64,000 nucleotides of DNA. Source: Gammaproteobacteria bacterium (GTDB lineage Bacteria; Pseudomonadota; Gammaproteobacteria; UBA4575). Below the pieces are notes generated by a model, which was not told the origin of the DNA, did not search any database, and saw only the letters and a list, made by a program, of their open reading frames with translations. The translations under genes and the position numbers were made by a program. Shown here piece by piece: positions 57,772-64,000 of the stretch. The number at the start of each line of letters is the position of its first letter. The stretch's first letter is position 1. Location: NCBI GenBank assembly GCA_965222615.1, contig CBDCUI010000008.1, forward strand, positions 672,001-736,000, in the 5' to 3' direction.

Positions 57772-58206
57772 ATGAACTTAAATAATCTAAAACCAGCAAC
57801 AGGAAGTCGCTCAACACGACGGCGTGTAGGTCGAGGTATGGGCTCTGGATACGGTAAGACGTGTGGTCGTGGTCATAAGGGTCAGCATTCACGTAGAGGT
57901 GGATACCACAAAGTTGGTTTTGAAGGTGGGCAAATGCCATTACAGAGACGTTTGCCTAAAGTAGGTTTTCGATCTCGTAAAGCTAGTCAAACTGCTGAGC
58001 TACGTCTACATGAATTAGCCATTGTTGATGAAGATATTGTCGATATTAATGCCCTCAAAGATGCCAAGCTGGTGCCGGAAACGGTTAAAAAAGTAAAAGT
58101 AATTCAATCTGGAAAAATAGAAACAGCCGTGAAGACCAAGGGCCTATCGTTTACGCCTGGCGCCAAAAAAGCCGTTGAAGCTGCCGGAGGAACAATAGAA
58201 GACTAA
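57772..58206 (+). CDS. rplO: 50S ribosomal protein L15
   Basis: [16 protein letters not shown]. Confidence 0.98.
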   Translation: MNLNNLKPATGSRSTRRRVGRGMGSGYGKTCGRGHKGQHSRRGGYHKVGFEGGQMPLQRRLPKVGFRSRKASQTAELRLHELAIVDEDIVDINALKDAKLVPETVKKVKVIQSGKIETAVKTKGLSFTPGAKKAVEAAGGTIED

Positions 58207-59549
58207 TGGCTCGTTCAAGTGCTAATGCTGTAGGTTCTCTCGCTGGGCTGGGTCAGGTCACTGAGCTGCGTAAACGTCTACTATTTGTATTAGTAGCGTT
58301 AATTGTGTACCGCATTGGTACTTTCATCCCAGTACCCGGTATTGATCCGGGGGCAATGGCACGTTTTTTTGAGCAACAAAGCAGCACGATCCTTGGTATG
58401 TTTAATATGTTTTCCGGGGGTGCGCTAGAACGGTTAAGTCTTATGGCGCTTGGTATTATGCCGTATATTTCTGCGTCGATTATTATGCAGTTGATGAGCG
58501 CTGTAATACCTTCTTTAAAAGAATTGAAGAAAGAAGGTGAAGCAGGCCGTCGTAAGATTACCCAATACACACGTTACGGAACCGTCTTTCTCGCAACCTT
58601 TCAAGCAATTGGTGTTTCAATTGCATTGCAAAATCAAGGCGTTGCGCTTAGCCCAGGAATTGGATTTATCTTTACCGCTACGATCAGTCTAGTAACGGGA
58701 ACCATGTTTTTGATGTGGCTGGGAGAGCAAATTACTGAACGTGGAATTGGCAACGGCATTTCAATTATTATCTTTGCTGGAATTGTGGCCGGGTTACCTT
58801 CTGCCATTGGCGGCACATTGGACTTAGTATCTCAAGGCGCCATGGGCGAAGGTTTTGCTATGTTGTTATTTATTGTTGCCATTGCGGTTACGGCATTTGT
58901 TATTTTTGTAGAAAGGGCACAACGACGCATTACTGTTAACTATGCAAGACGTCAACAGGGTAGAAAAATGTATGCCGCTCAATCTACTCACCTACCGCTT
59001 AAGTTAAACATGTCAGGTGTGATTCCACCTATTTTTGCTTCCAGTATTATTTTATTTCCAGCTACATTATTACAATGGTCTAGTAGTTCGACAGGTAGCT
59101 TTTCTTGGTTGCAAAATATTGCGACGGCAATTTCACCTGGGCAACCCTTATATGTCATGTTGTATGCCTTGGCGATTATATTCTTTTGTTTTTTCTATAC
59201 GGCGATCGTGTTTGATTCACGCGAAACAGCGGATAACTTAAAAAAGTCAGGTGCGTTTATTCCTGGAATTCGTCCTGGTGAGCAAACTGCGCGTTATATT
59301 GATTCTGTGCTTACTCGTCTCACCGCTGTGGGGGCAATTTATATTACATTGGTTTGTTTATTACCTGAGTTTTTGATTCTAAAATTTGGGGTGCCTTTTT
59401 ATTTTGGTGGTACTTCATTATTAATCATTGTTGTGGTGGTCATGGACTTCATGTCTCAGGTACAAGCGCATTTGATGTCACATCAGTATGAAGGCTTGAT
59501 GAAAAAAGCAAATTTGAAAGGATATGGGCGCTCAGGGTCAGTGCGCTAG
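58206..59549 (+). CDS. secY: Preprotein translocase SecY
   Basis: [35 protein letters not shown]. Confidence 0.99.
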   Translation: MARSSANAVGSLAGLGQVTELRKRLLFVLVALIVYRIGTFIPVPGIDPGAMARFFEQQSSTILGMFNMFSGGALERLSLMALGIMPYISASIIMQLMSAVIPSLKELKKEGEAGRRKITQYTRYGTVFLATFQAIGVSIALQNQGVALSPGIGFIFTATISLVTGTMFLMWLGEQITERGIGNGISIIIFAGIVAGLPSAIGGTLDLVSQGAMGEGFAMLLFIVAIAVTAFVIFVERAQRRITVNYARRQQGRKMYAAQSTHLPLKLNMSGVIPPIFASSIILFPATLLQWSSSSTGSFSWLQNIATAISPGQPLYVMLYALAIIFFCFFYTAIVFDSRETADNLKKSGAFIPGIRPGEQTARYIDSVLTRLTAVGAIYITLVCLLPEFLILKFGVPFYFGGTSLLIIVVVVMDFMSQVQAHLMSHQYEGLMKKANLKGYGRSGSVR

Positions 59550-59561
59550 AGGAATGTAATC

Positions 59562-59675
59562 ATGAAAGTACGAGCATCCGTTAAAAAAATATGCAGAAAT
59601 TGTAAAGTGATTCGACGTAATCGTGTCGTGCGCGTTATTTGCAAAGATCCAAGACATAAGCAGCGCCAAGGATAA
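59562..59675 (+). CDS. rpmJ: 50S ribosomal protein L36 (absent from the ORF track)
   Basis: Manual translation [37 protein letters not shown]. Confidence 0.97.
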   Translation: MKVRASVKKICRNCKVIRRNRVVRVICKDPRHKQRQG

Positions 59676-59710
59676 AATTAAATATGTATTCATCAATGAG
59701 GATTGTATAA

Positions 59711-60067
59711 GTGGCACGTATAGCTGGAATAAATGTACCGGTACATAAACATGCGGTGATTGCGTTGACTTCTATCTACGGAATTGGCAGATCTTCTTCG
59801 AAAAAGATATGTGAAGCTGCAGGGATTGTGCCAAGCACTAAGATTAAAGACTTGAGTGAAGAAGAAGTGGGTCGTTTACGTACTGAGGTTGGCAATTATC
59901 GTGTAGAAGGTGATTTGCGTCGCGAAATAACCGTGAATATAAAACGCCTTATGGATCTGGGTACCTACCGTGGTATTCGACATCGTCGTGGTTTGCCACT
60001 ACGGGGACAACGCACGCGTACGAATGCACGTACCCGCAAAGGTCCTCGCAGACCTATTAAACGTTAA
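59711..60067 (+). CDS. rpsM: 30S ribosomal protein S13
   Basis: [19 protein letters not shown]; GTG start. Confidence 0.98.
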   Translation: MARIAGINVPVHKHAVIALTSIYGIGRSSSKKICEAAGIVPSTKIKDLSEEEVGRLRTEVGNYRVEGDLRREITVNIKRLMDLGTYRGIRHRRGLPLRGQRTRTNARTRKGPRRPIKR

Positions 60068-60100
60068 GATAAAAGAGAAACTACAAAACTAGATTCAATT

Positions 60101-60490
60101 ATGGCAAAAGCAGCAACTCGAACCCGTAGAAAAGTAAAACGTACGGTTACCGATGGTGTGGCACATATCCACGCATCGTTTAACAATACCATTGTGACTA
60201 TAACCGACCGTCAGGGTAATGCCTTGTCATGGGCAACCTCAGGTGGTTCAGGATTTCGGGGTTCACGTAAAAGTACTCCTTTTGCTGCGCAAACTGCGGC
60301 AGAACGTGCGGGTCAAGCTGCTTTAGAATATGGGCTGAAAAACCTTGAGGTCAAAGTTAAGGGGCCTGGTCCAGGTCGTGAATCAGCTGTGCGTGCCTTA
60401 AATGCAGTTGGATATAAGATTACTAATATAAATGACGTTACCCCGATTCCACACAATGGTTGTCGTCCACCCAAGCGTCGAAGAGTATAG
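60101..60490 (+). CDS. rpsK: 30S ribosomal protein S11
   Basis: [19 protein letters not shown]. Confidence 0.98.
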   Translation: MAKAATRTRRKVKRTVTDGVAHIHASFNNTIVTITDRQGNALSWATSGGSGFRGSRKSTPFAAQTAAERAGQAALEYGLKNLEVKVKGPGPGRESAVRALNAVGYKITNINDVTPIPHNGCRPPKRRRV

Positions 60491-60510
60491 AGGCATAAGA
60501 GGATAAAACT

Positions 60511-61131
60511 ATGGCGCGATATCTAGGACCAAAATGTAAATTAAGTCGTCGTGAAGGCACTGATCTAATGTTAAAGGGTCGAGCTCGACCGCTAGATTCA
60601 AAATGTAAGATCGATAAACAACCTGGTCAACATGGCGACAAACGAGGTCGCGCATCGAACTATGGAATGCAATTACGTGAGAAGCAAAAATTGCGACGTA
60701 TTTATGGCGTTTTAGAGCGTCAATTTAGAAATTATTATAAAAAGGCTTCACTTATTAAAGGCTCTACTGGTGAAAATCTTTTAAAATTGCTTGAGTGTAG
60801 GTTAGATAATGTAGCCTATCGAATGGGCTTTGGGGTTACTCGTGCAGAGTGTCGTCAACTTGTCAGTCATAAGGCCGTCGAGGTAAATGGTATTGTGGTG
60901 AATATTCCTTCCTATCAAGTATCACCGGATGATGTAATTTCAATACGAGAAAAATCAAAAAAACAATTACGTATTCAAGATGCCCTGAATGCTGCGGAGC
61001 AAATCGGCTTGCCAGATTGGGTAGAAGTGGATGCTAAGAAAATGCAAGGCAAATTTAAATCCGTGCCCGAACGCGGTGATTTACCACCAGATATAAATGA
61101 ATCACTAGTTGTTGAGCTATATTCTAAGTAA
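60511..61131 (+). CDS. rpsD: 30S ribosomal protein S4
   Basis: [20 protein letters not shown]. Confidence 0.98.
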   Translation: MARYLGPKCKLSRREGTDLMLKGRARPLDSKCKIDKQPGQHGDKRGRASNYGMQLREKQKLRRIYGVLERQFRNYYKKASLIKGSTGENLLKLLECRLDNVAYRMGFGVTRAECRQLVSHKAVEVNGIVVNIPSYQVSPDDVISIREKSKKQLRIQDALNAAEQIGLPDWVEVDAKKMQGKFKSVPERGDLPPDINESLVVELYSK

Positions 61132-61156
61132 TAGGTATTTGTAAAAGAGGTTATCA

Positions 61157-62146
61157 ATGGTCGCAAATGAATTACTAAAACCTAGAGTCGTTGATGTTCA
61201 GTTAGCTGACGAATGTCATGCCAAAGTTGTGCTGGAGCCACTAGAACGTGGATTTGGGCATACCCTTGGCAATGCACTGCGTCGCATACTATTGTCATCC
61301 ATTCCTGGTTATGCGGTGGTGGAAGCACAGATTGACGGTGTATTACATGAGTACACTGCAATTGAAGGTGTACAAGAAGATGTCGTCGATATTTTGCTTA
61401 ATCTAAAAGGCATTGCAGTGGTTATGCACAATAAAACTGAAGCGATGCTGACTTTATATAAACAAGGTCCGGGTGTAGCCACAGCTGGCGATATAGAAAC
61501 AGACCATGATATTGAAATCATTAATAAAGATCATGTCATTGCACATTTAACTGAACAAGGCTCATTAAACATGACGTTAAAGATTGCCAAGGGTCGTGGC
61601 TATCAGCCTGCAGCGCAACGTCGCAATGAAGACGATCGCGCGATTGGTTCATTATTGTTAGACGCAAGTTTTAGTCCAGTGCGCCGTGTGGCGTATTCAG
61701 TTGAGAGTGCACGTGTAGAACAGCGTACCGACTTAGATAAATTAATTGTTGATTTAGAAACCAATGGCACGGTAGATCCTGAAGAAACCATTCGCAAAGC
61801 CGCAGGCGTTTTGCAACAACAACTATCTGTGTTTGTAGATCTGCAAGGTGATGAACAAGTCGAGCCCGATAAGACCGAAACCGAAATCGATCCTATCTTG
61901 GTACGACCTGTAGATGACCTAGAGCTTACTGTGCGTTCAGCGAACTGTTTGAAAGCAGAAAACATTTACTACATTGGTGATTTAATTCAACGAACCGAAG
62001 TGGAATTGCTCAAAACTCCAAATTTAGGTAAAAAGTCATTAACAGAAATTAAAGATGTTTTAGGTACGCATGGTTTATCATTAGGCATGCGCTTAGAGAA
62101 TTGGCCGCCAGCTAATTTACGCGAAGATCGCAAAGTAATTATTTAA
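61157..62146 (+). CDS. rpoA: RNA polymerase alpha subunit
   Basis: [27 protein letters not shown]. Confidence 0.99.
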   Translation: MVANELLKPRVVDVQLADECHAKVVLEPLERGFGHTLGNALRRILLSSIPGYAVVEAQIDGVLHEYTAIEGVQEDVVDILLNLKGIAVVMHNKTEAMLTLYKQGPGVATAGDIETDHDIEIINKDHVIAHLTEQGSLNMTLKIAKGRGYQPAAQRRNEDDRAIGSLLLDASFSPVRRVAYSVESARVEQRTDLDKLIVDLETNGTVDPEETIRKAAGVLQQQLSVFVDLQGDEQVEPDKTETEIDPILVRPVDDLELTVRSANCLKAENIYYIGDLIQRTEVELLKTPNLGKKSLTEIKDVLGTHGLSLGMRLENWPPANLREDRKVII

Positions 62147-62170
62147 TTTGAATAAATATAGAGTAAGAAA

Positions 62171-62542
62171 ATGAGACACCGCCACTCAGGACGTCAATTA
62201 AACCGCAATAGCCCTCATCGCAAGGCGATGATGAGTAATATGGCGGCGTCCTTATTTTCCCATGAAGTGATTCGCACAACCTTGCCAAAGGCAAAAGAAT
62301 TACGACGCTATGCCGAGCCATTAATTACTTTGGCAAAAGAAGATAATGTAGCCAGACGTCGTCGCGCATTTTCCAAATTACGCGATAAGGCCAGTGTAGG
62401 CAAACTATTTTCTGAACTGGGGCCGCGTTATAAGGAACGCCCAGGAGGCTATTTGCGAATACTCAAATGTGGTTTTCGTTCAGGTGACAATGCCCCTATG
62501 GCATTAGTGGAACTAGTAGATCGACCTATCGAAGAAACCTAA
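62171..62542 (+). CDS. rplQ: 50S ribosomal protein L17
   Basis: [21 protein letters not shown]. Confidence 0.98.
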   Translation: MRHRHSGRQLNRNSPHRKAMMSNMAASLFSHEVIRTTLPKAKELRRYAEPLITLAKEDNVARRRRAFSKLRDKASVGKLFSELGPRYKERPGGYLRILKCGFRSGDNAPMALVELVDRPIEET

Positions 62543-62563
62543 AAAAATTATTAGTAATGCATT

Positions 62564-62590
62564 AAAAGCCAGGGTTATCCTGGCTTTTTT
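62564..62590 (+). terminator. Intrinsic terminator of the alpha operon
   Basis: aaaagccagg-gttat-cctggctttttt. Confidence 0.85.
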
Positions 62591-62631
62591 ATTTGTACAA
62601 TGCCAATTTCATTAAACTAATTAGTTTTGTA

Positions 62632-63363
62632 ATGAGGCCTATTGTTTTAGCCACAGATTATGGGTTATCAGGTTCTTATGTGGGTCAGCTTAAAGCTGCT
62701 ATTTATAAAATAGCCCCTAAAGCATTAATTATTGATCTAATTCACGACTTGCCTGCATTCAATCCCAAAGCATCGGCGTATTTGCTTGCCAGTTATTTAG
62801 AACATATTCCAGAAAATTCAATTGTAGTAGGTGTGGTGGATCCGGGTGTTGGTTCTACTCGCGAAGCTATCATTTTAGAAGGCGATGGTCTTATTTTTGT
62901 TGGACCTAATAATGGTTTATTTTCTATTGCGGCAAGAAACCTTTCTGAAGTTAAATTATCGGAAATTATTTTAAGCAAGGAGCCGGCATCAAAAACATTT
63001 CATGGTCGTGATATTTTTGCGCCTATTGCTGCACAAATAGTTGCAGAATCAAACGTCAATACTAAATCGTTCTCGATGCAAAAGTTAGTGGGCAGTGAAT
63101 GGCCAGATAATCTTTTAGAGGTGATCTACATTGATCATTATGGTAATGCGGTGACTGGGATAAATAAAAATCAAATTTCTACAAATCAAGTCATAACGGT
63201 TAATGACTATAAAATAAGTTATGCAAAAACATTTAGCTCAGTAGAAATAGGTGAATATTTTTGGTATGAAAATGCAAATGGTTTACTCGAAATTGCAGCG
63301 AGAGAACAATCAGTAGCAGAGGTATTGAATTTAAAAGTAGGAGATCAAATTGTTTCGTTTTAA
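62632..63363 (+). CDS. SAM hydrolase / SAM-dependent halogenase family (DUF62)
   Basis: TDYG, VVDPGVG..R, GPNNG, SKTFHGRDIFAP, IDHYGN. Confidence 0.88.
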   Translation: MRPIVLATDYGLSGSYVGQLKAAIYKIAPKALIIDLIHDLPAFNPKASAYLLASYLEHIPENSIVVGVVDPGVGSTREAIILEGDGLIFVGPNNGLFSIAARNLSEVKLSEIILSKEPASKTFHGRDIFAPIAAQIVAESNVNTKSFSMQKLVGSEWPDNLLEVIYIDHYGNAVTGINKNQISTNQVITVNDYKISYAKTFSSVEIGEYFWYENANGLLEIAAREQSVAEVLNLKVGDQIVSF

Positions 63364-63552
63364 ATAATGTAACAACCACTCCAAATCAACATTGTTATAT
63401 TGTGAACGGGTTCACATCAATAAATTTTATCGCAACTAGCCATTTTATAATTAAATCAATCAGTTAATTTAAATATAGAAAGAACACTCTACTGGAATAT
63501 TTGGGCTGTTCAAATACAATAAGTACATCTTAATTGGGGATTAGACAGCCAA

Positions 63553-64000
63553 ATGGCAAGGAAGCACCATTTTTTAATTAAACTCATATATATACTGTTA
63601 CTGTTCTGTATCAGTAATGTTTATGCAGTAGATACTCCTTTTTCAATTGACTTAGGTGCAGACGGGCATGACTTGGAGTTTGATAGTTCTCGTAATGTAA
63701 TATACGCAAGTGTCCCTTCTCTAAACCAAGTAGTAGTTATAGACGTTTCAACACTGCAACTACATAAAACTATCACTTTAAATGCACAACCACGGGGCTT
63801 AGATCTAAGTCTTGATGCAACGAAACTTTATATTGCTTTAAATGGAACTGGTTCAGTAGGTATTCTAGATCTCGCTACAGATGTTGTAACAGAAGTTGTA
63901 GTTAATCAATTAAACGATTTACGCACATGGGATGTAGAAGAAACTGAAGAAAATAGAATTTTTGTTTCAGCAAATCCTGGTAGTTTTGGATTGTCCTACA
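63553..64000 (+). CDS. Secreted YncE/YVTN-like beta-propeller protein, 3'-truncated by the window (absent from the ORF track)
   Basis: Manual translation: signal peptide ending NVYA, then VVVID..., PRGLDLSLDATKLYIA..GSVGILDL. Confidence 0.7.
   Translation, partial: MARKHHFLIKLIYILLLFCISNVYAVDTPFSIDLGADGHDLEFDSSRNVIYASVPSLNQVVVIDVSTLQLHKTITLNAQPRGLDLSLDATKLYIALNGTGSVGILDLATDVVTEVVVNQLNDLRTWDVEETEENRIFVSANPGSFGLSY

Noticed and set aside
62632-63363. DUF62 gene as a fluorinase/chlorinase
   Set aside because: It retains the DPGVG..R and TFHGRD features typical of SAM hydrolases; no halometabolite cluster is visible

Overview
AT-rich gammaproteobacterial chromosome segment. Left part (1-19.5 kb): mixed housekeeping and accessory genes, including Fe-S membrane/ferredoxin genes, a lipoprotein truncated haemoglobin, uup, an IS481 element, selU/mnmH, an alpha/beta-hydrolase pseudogene, hisI, mscS, a dsrE-tusA-sqr-DUF1641 sulfur operon, two hypothetical genes preceded by a CIRCE box, glnS and birA-coaX-SPOR. 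About 10 kb of accessory genes (LEA-like protein, DUF937, Xre/RES toxin-antitoxin, DUF3445, ugd) lies between tRNA-Thr(TGT) and the tRNA-Tyr-Gly-Thr-tuf operon. From 30 to 62.5 kb is the contiguous tuf-secE-nusG-rplKAJL-rpoBC-str-S10-spc-alpha supercluster. The most notable non-coding signals are: (i) seven copies of an ERIC/RPE-like nested-hairpin element, six in supercluster spacers, with covarying stems and conserved loops; (ii) a second multi-hairpin module tied to partial tRNA duplications, including a promoter-bearing tRNA-Tyr-derived structured pseudo-RNA; (iii) two apparently identical tuf copies with anomalous G-ending codon usage; (iv) a GNRA-capped hairpin upstream of rplC. All calls come from reading the sequence; no database searches were run.
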